NCBI RefSeq assembly: GCF_001194135.2
Contig: NC_068982.1
Span: 166,339,199-166,403,198 of the forward strand
Direction: 5' to 3'
DNA length: 64,000 bases
Origin: Octopus bimaculoides
Lineage: Eukaryota
A program made the position numbers and the translations under genes. How positions within the stretch are numbered: position 1 is the stretch's first letter; the number at the start of each line of letters is the position of its first letter. Positions 27,826 to 41,243 of the stretch are shown in pieces. Under the pieces are notes generated by a model that saw only the letters and a program-made list of their open reading frames with translations, was not told where the DNA came from and did no database searches.

Positions 27826-28110
27826 GAAGTTTGCTCCCAAATATATCTGACCTTGTATGATTATCCATGCCTCCGCCAAAGTTCTGGTCTAAGACAGTAT
27901 ATTGAAGAATGTGTTCGAGTGTCTTGGGCATTAAATGTTCAAAATCCACGCTACATCATCAGTTATGATTCACGGACTTTCAATCCAAACATTCATACAC
28001 GCTTCCATACATCAGATTCAACAAGTGATGATATTCTGGAATTTCTTTGGCCAACACTTTTGGAAGGAAACAGTACCTGTTGTGTTTTTAAAGGTGTTGT
28101 CTTAACATAA
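27826..28110 (+). CDS. SPATA18-like: MIEAP-domain gene terminal exon
   Basis: Acceptor cttttgcag|gaa. Encodes ...YIEECVRVSWALNVQNPRY...FNPNIHTRF...FLWPTLLEG...VFKGVVLT*, matching the MIEAP C-terminal WP.L...KG.V.T signature (recognised from family knowledge). Confidence 0.92.
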   Translation, partial: EVCSQIYLTLYDYPCLRQSSGLRQYIEECVRVSWALNVQNPRYIISYDSRTFNPNIHTRFHTSDSTSDDILEFLWPTLLEGNSTCCVFKGVVLT

Positions 28111-29271
28111 TTTTAATATCCGTATTCACTCTTCCTCTAATGAAGAGGGGTTTATAGTAAACTTTGACAAATTTGTCCTATAATGTAATATAGTGAACTG
28201 GGTGCTTTAAAAAAAACTGAAAAAGGAATGTAAAATAACTATGAACCAGAAATTTGAATATTTTTTTATTTTTGTATAAATGAAAATGACCGGCTTTGAA
28301 AATCAAAATGTATGCAATAGTTGTTTTTGAATCTTGTTTTATTATATCAACTAAAACTTAACCTTCCCTAATTTGTTAATGTTATGTATTGGAGAATAGT
28401 TCCATATGATATTTCTACATGATGGAGATGGTGATATGTTAATGAAGACTAAAGACAAATTATAATGGTAGGCTTCCTAATATACCTCTTCACACTAACA
28501 CTTTTGATAGGATAATTTGGGTTTTTTTCCGATAGCGTAATATTTTTTCTTTTTCTTTTTCCAAGAAACTCTGCCAAGACTTTCAGATTTAATATACCAT
28601 AATATTTTACTTTCAATTCACTGTACAAAAATCAAAACCAGAAATGGTCGAATGGTTTTTAATTCTGTTGTGATTCCTTCAACTGTGCAATTTTCCTCTA
28701 CCTCCCATCACTAAGGTCTACCAATAAATAAATTGCTTTAACTATTTACCATAAACGTACTAAACAAGCATAAGAAAAAAATCTAATAAAATGTTTGTGT
28801 AGCCAAAATTGTTTTAGGAAATATAAATAAAACCAAAATTTGTTTACTGAGTCAATTTATAGTAACTAACAAATTTAGTTTGAAATGTTGTAAATTCTTT
28901 AGCATGTCTGTGACAGTTAATATCAGTCTAACAGCATTTGAGGAAACTGTAAAGTTATGTCCTGATTCAGTCTTAGATAGCACCTGAGTAAGTGAATTGC
29001 TTTGTACAATTAGATAGTAGTTCTGTCATCATATGTAGGAACAAAGGAATCATTGCAGCTATTTGACCACTTGAAATAGCAGCCAAATCTCCATCCCTGT
29101 CTTAATTAAAGGACAATTAAATAATATAGTCCAAAATATCCTTCAAAAGACTGGGTGATCACTGCTGGAATGCCTTTCATCATTGGTCTATTGGATCAAG
29201 ACTGACCTAAGGCTAAAAACCTTTCTTTTATTTTTTTCATTGGTTTCATATATATATATATATATATATAT

Positions 29272-29486
29272 ATCATCATCATCATCGTTTAACGTCCGCT
29301 TTATATGCTAGCATGGGTTGGACGATTTGACTGAGGACTGGCAAGCCAGAAGGCTGCACCAGGCTCCAATCTGATCTGGCAGAGTTTCTACAGCTGGATG
29401 CCCTTCCTAACGCCAACCACTCTGAGAGTGTAGTGGGTGCTTTTACATGCCACCGGCACGAGGGCCAGTCACACAGTACTGGCAAC
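29272..29486 (-). mobile_element. RTE-type 3' UTR/SINE-like tail copy (runs into gap)
   Basis: catcatcgtttaacgtccgc...ggatgcccttcctaacgccaaccac. A further stub lies at 27597-27639. Confidence 0.85.
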
Positions 29487-30119
29487 NNNNNNNNNNNNNN
29501 NNNNNNNNNNNNNNNNNNNNNNNNNNNNNNNNNNNNNNNNNNNNNNNNNNNNNNNNNNNNNNNNNNNNNNNNNNNNNNNNNNNNNNNNNNNNNNNNNNNN
29601 NNNNNNNNNNNNNNNNNNNNNNNNNNNNNNNNNNNNNNNNNNNNNNNNNNNNNNNNNNNNNNNNNNNNNNNNNNNNNNNNNNNNNNNNNNNNNNNNNNNN
29701 NNNNNNNNNNNNNNNNNNNNNNNNNNNNNNNNNNNNNNNNNNNNNNNNNNNNNNNNNNNNNNNNNNNNNNNNNNNNNNNNNNNNNNNNNNNNNNNNNNNN
29801 NNNNNNNNNNNNNNNNNNNNNNNNNNNNNNTATGAAATTAAATAAATGACAAAGAAACAGGAAATTATGTAATGAACTTCATTAGCTTCCAGCTGTTTCT
29901 GTTATAAGATGATGCACAAGCACTCAGCTCTAATTGCACTACATCTTAAAACAGAAACAGTTGTAAGCTATTGAAGGTCATTGCATAATTTTCTGTTCCT
30001 TGTCATTTATTCAATTTCATGTTATGTATTCAGCTAATGCTTTATTCTGCAGCATATACATATTGAGTTTTAACACCAGGTTATTACTATCACTAAGCAC
30101 AAGTGAAACATTAAAATAA

Positions 30120-30825
30120 ATCATCATAGTCATTTAATGTCTGTTTTCTATTCTGGCATAGGTTAGAGATTTTAATCAGAGCTGGTAAGCCAGAGAGCAG
30201 CACTAGGTTCCAGTCAGTCGTTTTGGCTTGGTTTCTATGGCTGGGTGCCGTTCCTCATGCCAACCACTCTGCAGAGTATACTGGGTGCCATTTACATGTC
30301 ACTGGCCATGATCACAATTTCACTTAGCTGGACTTGCCTTCTCAAGCGCAGCAAATCACCAGATATCTTGGTCACTTATCATCTCCATGAAATTCATTGA
30401 CCAAAGATCATATTTCACCACTTTGTCCCATTCCTTGCTGAGTTTACTTCTTCAAGTTCCCTCCACAATTAGAGATCTGGAAATTCCTAGAGTTTATTGT
30501 ACCTGCACATCTGCCACACACAAAGACTACTTTTTCTGTTAGTCTTCCTCTGATACTGCTGCACCTCTTATGTGTCCATAGCTTGCACCAGGTATACCTT
30601 ATAGAGTTTCTGCCTAATCTTTTTCTACATATCAAGCAGTGCCATTTCTCTGTAGGGATCTCTGTTGTCATACTTACTAGGACTTTGGTCTTTGCTAAAT
30701 TAATTCTAAGGCCCTTTAATTCCAGAATTGTCTTCTCTAATTCTGGAAGTGATTCAGCTATAAGATCAAGGTCAAAAGTATAGAGGAGCTCCCAAGGGCA
30801 GCCAGTGCTGCCTGACTGGCTCCCA
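30120..30825 (-). mobile_element. RTE LINE fragments (post-RT region and 3' end)
   Basis: CPWELLY..DL.LIAESLPELE...KGLRINLAKTKVL...C.ICRK..G.NSI...C.LW.HKRCS.I.GRL, same family as 48490-49890. Confidence 0.85.
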
Positions 30826-30826
30826 T

Positions 30827-31080
30827 GCTGGTGGCACATAAGATGCACCATTCAAGCATGGTCGTTGCCAGTGCCACTTGACTGGCCCTCCTGCTGGTAG
30901 TAAAAAGCACCAACTACACACTTGGAGTGGTTGGCATTAGGAAGGGCATCCAGCTGTAGAAACTCTGCCAGATAAGATTGGAGCCTGATACAGCCTTCTG
31001 GCTTGCCAGTCCTCAGTCAAACCGTCCAACCCATGTCAGCATGGAAAGCGGACATTAAACGATGATGATGATGATGATGA
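30827..31080 (+). mobile_element. RTE-type 3' UTR/SINE-like tail copy
   Basis: gtggttggcattaggaagggcatccagctgtagaaa domain and aaacgatgatgat tail, homologous to 60542-60720. Confidence 0.85.
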
Positions 31081-31161
31081 TATATATATATAATGATGAT
31101 GATGATGAGTCTTTACCATTATCTTTCAAGTTCAAAATTACTTTTTGATCATCCCAGAGTT

Positions 31162-31493
31162 ACAGTTCTATATTTAAGAGATGAGGAATTATGTACATTA
31201 TTTACATTTGAGGATCTTGTTTGTTGTATACACAATGTTTCAGCTGATATACCCTCCAGCCTTCACCAGGTAACTTGGGGAAGTTTCGAACCTGGGTTCT
31301 CATCCCTAAGGTATTTTTCAATGTTGTTATTATTATTCAGGTCACTGCCTGGAATTGAACTCGGAATCTTGGGGTTAGTAGCCCATGCTCTTAACCACTG
31401 CGCCATATGTCCATGAAGGCTGGAGGGTATATCAGCCAAAACGTTGTTAACAACAAACAAGATGAGGACAAATATCCGTCAAATGTAAATAAT
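31162..31493 (-). mobile_element. Short non-autonomous Penelope-related unit: tRNA-like head, hammerhead-like cores and inverted arm
   Basis: 11-bp TSD atcccagagtt at 31151-31161 and 31494-31504. Inverted repeat 31197-31265 / 31414-31493. An ~85-bp segment is shared with 62920-63008. Confidence 0.8.
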
Positions 31494-31736
31494 ATCCCAG
31501 AGTTGTTAGAATAAGAACCAGTTGTATATAAGGTATATCCCACCATACAGAAAATTTACCCTTCTACCTGTGTAAGGAATCAATATCATTTCCTTTATTT
31601 GAATGATGTTTTTAATGAACTTTTTTATAAATTTTTCTGTTTGTTTTTGTTTGTCTCAGTCCATCATTATATAGTTTTTTGTTTATCTTCAAAATTTTCT
31701 GTCTGTTTTCTCATTTCTCTTTCTATCTATATCTCA

Positions 31737-31738
31737 AG

Positions 31739-31798
<60 letters not shown>
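31737..31798. repeat. (TA)n microsatellite, representative of many (TA)n, (CA)n, (CT)n and (CAT)n tracts across the window
   Basis: Direct inspection; others at 2342-2378, 5472-5502, 18416-18465, 21921-21980 and 37732-37755. Confidence 0.95.
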
Positions 31799-31805
<7 letters not shown>

Positions 31806-32195
31806 CACACATCTGTTACTCTGTCCATGTGTTACTATCTTTCTGTCTTATATTTACAATCATCAGTACATGATATACTCAAATGTGTCCTTTAGACAAG
31901 TACAGAAAGGAACAGAGAAATAATGACTGAGAGAACGGTGGGTAAATCATGCGAATAGAATTAATTCACATCTATTTTTATAAATAAAATATTTTTACAT
32001 TTCACTAATATGCTCTAACTATATTGTTTTCTGGTCATTTGCCTATATATTTGTTTTATGCTTTTATTTTTTAAATTTATTTTTCCTTTCTTCTATGTCT
32101 TTACATTGAACTAGAGACCAGCACAAGCTTTACAGCTTACCAACTTCCAGTAGTCCTAATCTAAGGATTGTATCCATCCACATCGTATGGTTTAA

Positions 32196-32406
32196 CCCTT
32201 TAGCATTTAAACTGTCCATATCCAGCCCAAATATTCTACATATTTTACATTCAAACTTGCCAAATCAAGCCTCTCACACAGACATTACAAGAATAAACAA
32301 TCACGTCGTTGAAACCTCAAAGCTATATGATAATGCCTGATTAATTCAAAACAATTTGAATAAAAAAAAAAGCATTACATCTGACAGTAATCTGAATGCT
32401 AAAGGG
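32196..32406. mobile_element. piggyBac-like MITE
   Basis: TTAA on both sides (32192-32195 and 32407-32410); 12-bp TIR ccctttagcatt / aatgctaaaggg. Confidence 0.85.
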
Positions 32407-35400
32407 TTAAAGGTAATATAGTTCAAGAATGTCTCATAACAGAGATTATTTGTGCAATTAGACAAAAAAAAAAACTCTCTCAAGTATTTAAAATCGAAGA
32501 ACAAGCAAATATATCTCGAATAAGATTTATCAATCAGAATGTTTGGAAAATAAAAGCAGTACAGATGACAGTGGATGTTGTCTTTAAAGCCAGCCAATGA
32601 ATACAGTGCACATGCAGACATATGATCAAAGCAATGCTATCCATGGCCATTCCATCTTTTGTATATCTACGATCACACTGTCCTCTGTCCTTCCATTTTC
32701 AAAACAGTATGGATGAGACCTGAAGATTTGGTTCCTATTTTTAGCAGGTTGGGTGACTATGTTGATGGTCTTTCATTGACTCAAGTAGTTTTGTATTTAG
32801 GATAGATGAAGGTAGTGAATTGTCAATCACTAAGATGTTGAATAGTGCCTTGTGGTGTTTGTTCTGACTTCGTGTGATCTGAGTTCAAATCTAGCCATGG
32901 TTAATTTTGCCTTCTATCCTTTCAGGGTCAATAAAAAATATATCAAAGTAAAGTGGTGGATTAGCAGAATTATTAGTCAGGTGAGATACTTTGCAGTATT
33001 TCTTCCACCTCGTTGCATTATGGCAGCAATGCCAGTGATATACTAAGCTAAATCTGATCAAGTTGGTGGTCTTTCTCTTGGATAAACATCAGTGACATGG
33101 AAGGGAGAGATTTTCATGCAAGACCAACTGCTGGTTTCACTCAAAAGAAAAAAAATCTTACCTAGACTTACACATACATGTGCAGACGCATTGTCAACAT
33201 TGACCAATGGAGACGTTCTAGAATAGATGATTTTCATACCTGCATAATGTAACAGAATTTAAGTTTCCTTGTAGATTACCGTGCCATTTATTTTATGATT
33301 AGATTCCTATTGTTTATTCTTGTACAAATCTATAGAATGAGTCGTCAAATTGAAAAAATACATTTGCCACTTGACAATGACTACTGAATAAAGGTAGGAA
33401 ACTCTGTATAAATTTTATCTTTTGCACTTCAGCGCTTTTGACAAAAATATGTATTCAATATCTTTTTAACACAGCACAAATCCTCTTTCCTCAAGGAATA
33501 CTAGTTGACTGCCTTCACTTTATTATATTAACTAGCACTCATATAGCACCCTACCTTTTTATGGGACATACATTCAATGCAACAGTGAAGTAGATATTCT
33601 AAAGAAATAATTCCAATACATTAAATCTTTAACTGACAAGATAGTGGAGAGAGGAAATATTTGAGTGCTAAAATACACTATCTTTTATCTTTTACTTGTT
33701 TCAGGCACTACCTTTTAACAGTTTACTCAAAGAAATCAACTTCAGTCCTTTTTTAAGCTTGGTTTTTACCCTACTGGTCTCTTTCTAACAAACTGCTAAG
33801 TTACAGGCACATAAACAAGCCAAGTAGTTGTGAAAGACAAACATGAAAACATGCACACATGTGCATATTATATATGACAGGCTTCTTTCAGTTTCTGTCT
33901 ACCAAATCCACTCACAAGACATTGGTTGGCCCAGGGTTATAGTAGAAGACACTTTACTCACCTAAGGTGCTGCACAATGGGGCTGAACCTGAGTATTTTT
34001 ATACCACTTCATTCTGGGAAACTGCTGGAAATGACTTTGCTTTTCCTTACTCTAGAGGCCAATAAAATAATTATATTGTGGACAGATTCCATTGATATAT
34101 TTTTTTTTTAAAGCTCCTTCTCACTGTCCAGCATTAAAAAGAAAATGACCACACAATAAAGTCATGGCCATACTTTTGACGATAGTCTGTGTCAAGCCTA
34201 TAAACTTATGTAGTTGCTACTTATCCAGATGCATAAGAGTACAATATTCCTCCCTGAACAGGATGCCAGTTCGTCATAATTTTCCACTGATACTAATTTT
34301 CAGATGATTGTACTAAGGCAACATGAAATGAAATGCTCAGTTCAAAGACATGTTTCACCTGTCTGAGAATTGAACCCGTAAGTTCATGAGGAGTCCAACA
34401 CCCCAACCCACTAAACCACACACCTTTACTGTTGACAGTAGTACATTTTTCTTACCTTTCTCAGTTTTATGTTCAAATTCTGATGATATCATACTTCTTT
34501 CATCCTTCTAGGGTCAAATTAAAATCAATTATAAATTGTGGTGATACCCTTCTGCCAGGTAACTTTCTCAAATTTGTTATGTAAAGTGAAACAAGGTCCA
34601 ACCAGTAGAGGGATGTTACCAATAGCAAAGTCTGCAAATTGGTTCTCATTCCCTTATTAAAGCAAATTATTAACTTCACTAACACCACTCACATTTTTTG
34701 AGAAAAGTGAAATTTCCAATTTAACTAATACATGGTTCTTTTGGGCAGAGTCCAAAATAAACATTTTAACCCTAAATGCCTAATTATCAATATACAAATA
34801 AGGAGAAAAAGATCAATAAATAGGGAGCTTTTTTAAGTTCTAGTATTTGCAAAAAATTATATTCTTCGTGAGTGCGTTATTCAAATTTCAATAACTCTAC
34901 CTCAGATGTTACAATTGGTTGCATGCAAAAAAAGTTATTAGTTCAAGTAGACAAAATTAAACATTGGATGCCTTTAGCAGTGTATACTCTGCTGTAAGCA
35001 TTTAGTTAAAGACTCCAATATTTCGATAAATTTGTTTCTTCTTCTCAAATACCATAGAAACAGTCAAGCTTGCTGCATTTTGATTCTTGTCCAAAGGCTT
35101 TCAAGTTTTTGGTAAAATATCCTTCATATCTAGACTAATCATTTGGTCATTTTCTTCCCATAAAAAAAAGTAGTATTTGAAGCCTCAAGAATTAACCCCT
35201 TCCCTTAACATTGCTGGCCTTGTGCCAGAATTTGAAACCATTATATTATATTGTAAGGCGGCAGAATCATTAGTATATCTGACTAAATGTTTAGTTCTGA
35301 TTTCAAATCCTTTCAGATGAAATTAAGTACCAGGTGAGCACTAGGGTCAATGTAATCAACTTACCTTCTACTCCAAAGTTTCAGGCCTTGTGCCTGGAGT

Positions 35401-36127
35401 AGAAAGGATTATTATAGAAGTAAGGTGGCGAGCTGGCAAGATTGTTAGCACATCAGAAAATGCTTAGCAGCATTTCTTCCAGCTTCACATTCTGCATTCA
35501 AATGCCAATGAGGTTAACTTTGCTTTTCAGGAGTCACTGAAAGAAGTACCAGTTGAGCACTAGGGTCAATGTAATTGACAAGCTCTCTCCTAGAAAATTT
35601 CAAGCCCTGTATAGTAGAAAAGATTATTACTAGATGTATATAAATACATGTATATTATATCATCTGCCTTCCATGCCTGCATGGGTTGGACGGTTTGACA
35701 GGAGTTGGCCAGGCAGAAGACAGCAGACTTTAATGTTTGGGCACGGTTTTTTCCGGCTAGATGCCTTTCCTAACACCGATCACCCTGCACATATATGTGT
35801 ATATATAAACCTTTTCTGGAATGCTAACCCTGTCACTAACTTTAGAATGTTCAGTATATTTTATTGCTGTACCAACGAAAGATATGTTACATAGTAAAAT
35901 CAACTTCCGCATTATGATATACTCTTTTTTTTTTAGTTTAGAAATAAATGTTCACAACAATATTTGTTTCTAGATAAATCTTTTTTAAAGCATGCTGCGG
36001 ATATTTAAATAAATTGACCATCGTGATAATCTGAGCAAGATTGTAGAATTACTTCCCTTGTATGTAACTACATCGAGTCGTAACAATCCAAGGGAGATAA
36101 ACGTTTTGCCCAACAGTTAAAGTTAGT

Positions 36128-36538
36128 TTACTCTTTTACTTGTTTCAGTCATTTGACTGTGGTCATGCTGGAGCACTGCCTTTAGTCGAGCAAATCAACC
36201 CCAGGACTTATTCTTTGGAAGCCTAGTACTTATTCTATCGGTGTTTTTCGCCGAACCGCTAAGTTACGGGTACGTAAATACACCAGCATCGGTTGTCAAG
36301 CGATGTNNNNNNNNNNNNNNNNNNNNNNNNNNNNNNNNNNNNNNNNNNNNNNNNNNNNNNNNNNNNNNNNNNNNNNNNNNNNNNNCTTTCAGTTTCCGTC
36401 TACCAAATCCACTCGCAAGACTTTGGTCGGCCCGAGGCTATAGTAGAAGACACTTGCCCAAGGTGCCACGCAGTGGGAATGAATCCGGAACCATGTGGTT
36501 GGTAAGCAAGCTACTTACCACACAGCCACTCCTGCACC
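36128..36538 (-). mobile_element. tRNA-derived SINE family A (interrupted by gap 36307-36385)
   Basis: High identity to 21721-22143. Confidence 0.88.
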
Positions 36539-37560
36539 TTTCTTGAGATTAAGTTTTGAACATAATCAATAGGATGGATTTTTTTATGTATGTAATTTGA
36601 TTTTTGTATTAATATTTAAATACAACGAAATATATTCTTGTATTAGAATGAATGAAGACGTTCAATGTAATTTTTACATTTCTAGAGAGATAGGTGTTAA
36701 CAGGTGGACAAGATGTTTGCTTTGCAATCACAGTCTCAAGTTGGATATCACACTGAAGATCCAATGATTACATATATGTGACTAATGTTTAAAACGAGTC
36801 TTGTGTCAATAAGTGTCTTTGTCATTCAAAATGTATAAGAGCAATAAAATTAATAGTGATTAACTTAACCTGCGGAGGTGATATACTCAGGTATACCATT
36901 AACTTGAATATATTAGCCACATAAAACTATGAGGAGAATGTCACACAATATGATTTACTAATTTGGGGTTAGGAATTTTTCAAGTAAATTCAACACTTAA
37001 ACTTGTAGACTTCTACATGATTTTAAAAAATGATGCTTAGTGTAGCACAGGGATAAAACTGAATTTGAAAAACCCAATTCTTGATGGCCCAGTCCACCAA
37101 GCTGTACATAGTTCACTAAGTACAGATAGGAATTATACCACTGTTGCCTAAACACCCACAGGAAGGCAATATTTATTGCATTTTCTATGATCGAGTAGAT
37201 TACAGGACAAACTAAAGTTGTTTGTAGTCTAGTAGGGTCTACCATCATTCAAAATATCTCCAAAGCATAACTCTTACAACAATTTAAACAAAGGAAGATT
37301 ATTGATAACCTCACTGCAGGCATCACCAAGAGTAAAGATAATATAAGACCAAAATTCCAAGTTTAAAATTAATGAATTTATTATAATACATTGTGGATAC
37401 TTTCCAACAGTTCTGGACATAGTAATAATTAAATATAAACAAGCACAACATCTTCATAGATAAATATTTGGACAATAATCAAAAAAGAAAAAGGTATTTA
37501 AGTTTTCTTATTCTGTTTTTAAGACAGTTCTTGATTATATCTAAAAAGAGTTCAAAACAC

Positions 37561-37691
37561 TCAAGTAGCATCTACATTTTGCTTGAAATTTACTGAATAT
37601 GAACCAGATTGAGGATCTTTTTGCATCTGAAAGTTATCAGTTGAGAGGCCAAATGGTTTAAGAATCATGTTTCCAAGATCTTTCAGTTTAC
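37561..37691 (-). CDS. TTC1: TTC1 terminal exon
   Basis: Acceptor cctgtag|gt. Encodes (G)[42 protein letters not shown], the conserved TTC1 C-terminus. Confidence 0.95.
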
Positions 37692-38822
37692 CTACAGGAG
37701 AAAAGGGTTTTGATTAAGGAAAAGGCATGGATAATATATATATATATATATATATACATGCATACAATTTTAAACTTTTTGTAGAAGGGATATAGAAGAC
37801 ACTACTCATGAATTAATGCAGATTAGCTAGGTCCTAGACTTCTTAACTTATAAGGTACTACTGTAAATATCTTAATTTTCAAAGTTATTCTAAGAGAATG
37901 CAAGCATGAAAAGGCAAATAAACTCTCAGTAACAGAAAACTATTACAATTATATTGGAACCATTTTAGATCAAGTCTTGAAAAGTAGATATGAATAACTT
38001 AAATGGAATTTTTTTTTTTTTTTTTTTTTAATTCCATCCACTGCTGAGAGAGAATCTAGGTAGCAGAAAAACTAGTATGATATTTATTGACATTCATCCT
38101 AAGACATAAAAATCATATTCTGAGACACCAATCACTAAAAGTAATCATTTTTTACTAAAATTTTCAATGGTAGCACTTCAAGACCACTGTAATTAAACGT
38201 TCAAATTCTGAATTAAAGTAGCAACTAAAATTGCAACAGACGTTCCTCAGCAGAGGATTCATAGTTCTTGGAATTGTTATAAAGAAGTTTATCAATTTAT
38301 GTTTGAAAAGCAATCGAGATTGCTTTCCAATAATTTGAGAAATTAGCATTGCAATAAAGTCAGGTGTTAAATATACAAACTTCTAGGAATAAGTGTGAGG
38401 TTTTGCTATAACCATAGTAAAGAGAGACGAGAAGCGCAATAGCAGCATGTACCATTGTGAACAACTGAAAACAAATTTTTTTTTGTTTTCTGGAAGAGTC
38501 AACAATATGCTCATTAGCTTATTTTTTAGCAGCAAGTTCATTATAGTTCGTGGTTGGATTTTATTTATTTATTTTCTTTTTGTCTTGTTCATTATACTTC
38601 CTTTCTTATTGCTTTTGATTTTTATAAATTAAGAAGTGTATACTAAAAGTGGTACTTTTGTTTTTAACTTCTGAGATATGGACATTTTTATGATGAGGGA
38701 TCAGATGTCAATAACTATTACTGATATTTACCAAACAACAAAACGATCAAACTTAGCATTACATAGTTATTACTCTTTCTGTAACACTCTAGATTTACAT
38801 ACATAAAGAGATTTTTACATAC

Positions 38823-38877
38823 CCATCATTTCTGCTTTTAGCTTTTCATTCCGTTCTTCTATTTGTTCAGGAAGTCT
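38823..38877 (-). CDS. TTC1: TTC1 exon
   Basis: Acceptor aatatag|aga, donor g|gtatgt. Encodes RLPEQIEERNEKLKAEMM(G), matching TTC1 RLPxQIEERNE.LKEEM. Confidence 0.95.
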
Positions 38878-39923
38878 CTATATTTAAGACACAAATTTGA
38901 GAAATTTATATTTAATACATGCATGCGCACACATTAAAATTTATATTCGTAAATTCAATCCTCAACTGCAGACCATTGCTAATTTATCTGCTCAATGTAA
39001 ATATAAGCTGAAATTGATGTTCTATATAATTTTATAAATAACATTAAGCTAACATGATAGAATTGATGCATACCTCAAAGACTACATCTTGACTGCAAGC
39101 AGAAGTTAAATTAGATAGTAACAACTGATAAATCTAGCAGGTCAGACAATAGGAAAAAAGTGTTGCAACATACAAACCTAGAGTTATTTACTATGCTCCG
39201 AGTAAATGAGTTTAATAAAGTAGAATTTTGTCAAATAATGACACAACATGCAAAAATATGAAGAACTCTCCCCAAAACGGTTTAACAAATAAAATACTGG
39301 AGTTGAGGTTCTTAGCTTTCAGAGATAAATGCTGGTCTGCATTGAAAAGAGTTTATCAAAAAGCAAACATTTAAAATTTGAAAGGCTCGCCTTGAATCAA
39401 ATTTTTTTTTCTTCGTTTCAAAGGTATCCTTTCCATTATATAATTGAGTCAGAAAGACATTTGCTATAAATATTCAAGCTCATAGTTAAGTAAATAACTA
39501 TGCCTAATTAAGGGGGAATAACTTGACGACTAACAGCAATTATAATTGATAAAAATGCATACAACATAAACACGATACACGCACATTCCTAAAGGGTCAT
39601 CAATTTCTCCCACCAATACTGAAAAAAATACATTATGATAATAGGAATTAGGAAAAAGCTTAATTCTCAAACTAAAACCCTCTACTAAGGCAGACCTTCA
39701 CTATCACTCGCCAATGCACTAAAGAATTCCGGAAGAGATTATCCTCAACATCCCCAATCCATACATTCTTCTCAACACTTACCATGACCTCTACTCCTAC
39801 AGCAACTGCTTCTCAAGAAACAGGAATTCAAACCTACTGCTGCTGGATTTCACAATTTCTGAACAGTTTCTTCCACATAACATCAATTAACGAAGTTGTT
39901 GGGAATATGTGCCAATCATTAGG

Positions 39924-40146
39924 AGGGCAGCAAGCTGGCAGAATCGTTAGCACGCCAGGCGAAATGCTTAGCAGTATTTCGTCTGCCGTTACGTTCTGAG
40001 TTCAAATTCCACTGAGGTCGACTTTGCCTTTCATCCTTTCAGAGTCGATTAAATAAGTACCAGTTATGCATTGGAGTCGATGTAATCAACTTAATCCCGT
40101 TGTTTGTCCCCTCTATGTTTAGCCCCCTGTGGACAATAAAGAAATA
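39924..40146 (+). mobile_element. tRNA-derived SINE family B, young copy
   Basis: gctggcagaatcgttagcacgcc...gagttcaaattcc head; perfect 20-bp TSD aatatgtgccaatcattagg at 39904-39923 and 40147-40166. Confidence 0.92.
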
Positions 40147-41243
40147 AATATGTGCCAATCATTAGGGAGTTGTACTTGCAAACTGACATTACAAACTAAA
40201 ACCACCTACAGAAAGAGGTCTATTACTATCTCTAAAATTCCACTTCAGGCCATCTATGAAACCAGAGATGCACAAAAGAGCCTAACTGGTGGGTTTTGTT
40301 TTTTTTTTTATTCATACCACTTTCTAATTCCCCACAATTTTTAAGTATTAGATACTTTCAGAAGAAATATTATCTTGTATATTCTGAACTATTATAAATA
40401 CAAAATACTTATTTGTTACACATTTGTAAAAATATTTAACTATATCTACACATAAAAAATAAACTTTAACTTGCAGTATAGCTCTGAATTATTACTAAAT
40501 ATATGTTCCATACATTTAAAAATCTTTCAGATTATATGGTCTCCTGAATAGTGTCAAATGGTCCTATTCACCCACCATTCTCACCTCATATATGCAGGAA
40601 CTCATTACAGTTCAGTATTATTTATCACTGCCAGTATCCTATGTCAACAAACAGTACAACTATATCCTCAATCAGCTCTTCATATATACACTACACAGCC
40701 CCAGTCACACACATTACAATCTTAAATTAAGACCGCTCAAAAACAGATTAACAATTACACTGAACACATTCATTACCATTCATCTTGCCAACAACACCAG
40801 AAATCAGTATTTCGTATGTCATGTTAAGATTCATCAATTATGATTTTTCATATTAAAGGTAATGATCAATGGAATTAACTTTAGATAAGTACTTACTTCT
40901 TCAACTCTGGAGGGATGGAAGGAAAGGTGAACAGACTAAATTTAAGTGGAAACTGTACAGAGAGAAGAATGAATATTGCAAAGCATTTCAATCTAGCACT
41001 GCCATTTCAGCAACTCCACCATTTTGTACTAAATAACATATACACCCCAAATATAGCATCACAAAAAGACAAAAATTCATATACAACATACATATGTTGT
41101 TATTAGAACTTATTAGCTTTTACATAACTAAGAGTGAACAAAATAACCAAGATAAAATTACATAGACACATTAAGATCAACATCAGGGTAAAATACGTGA
41201 CATGAACCTTCATACAACACCTAAAATTTATCAGTTCAGTACT

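Noticed and set aside
34511-34557. 47-bp exon-like segment with AG and GT boundaries
   Set aside because: The acceptor lies in a decayed SINE-B motif (ttcatccttctagggtc), and there is no gene context.
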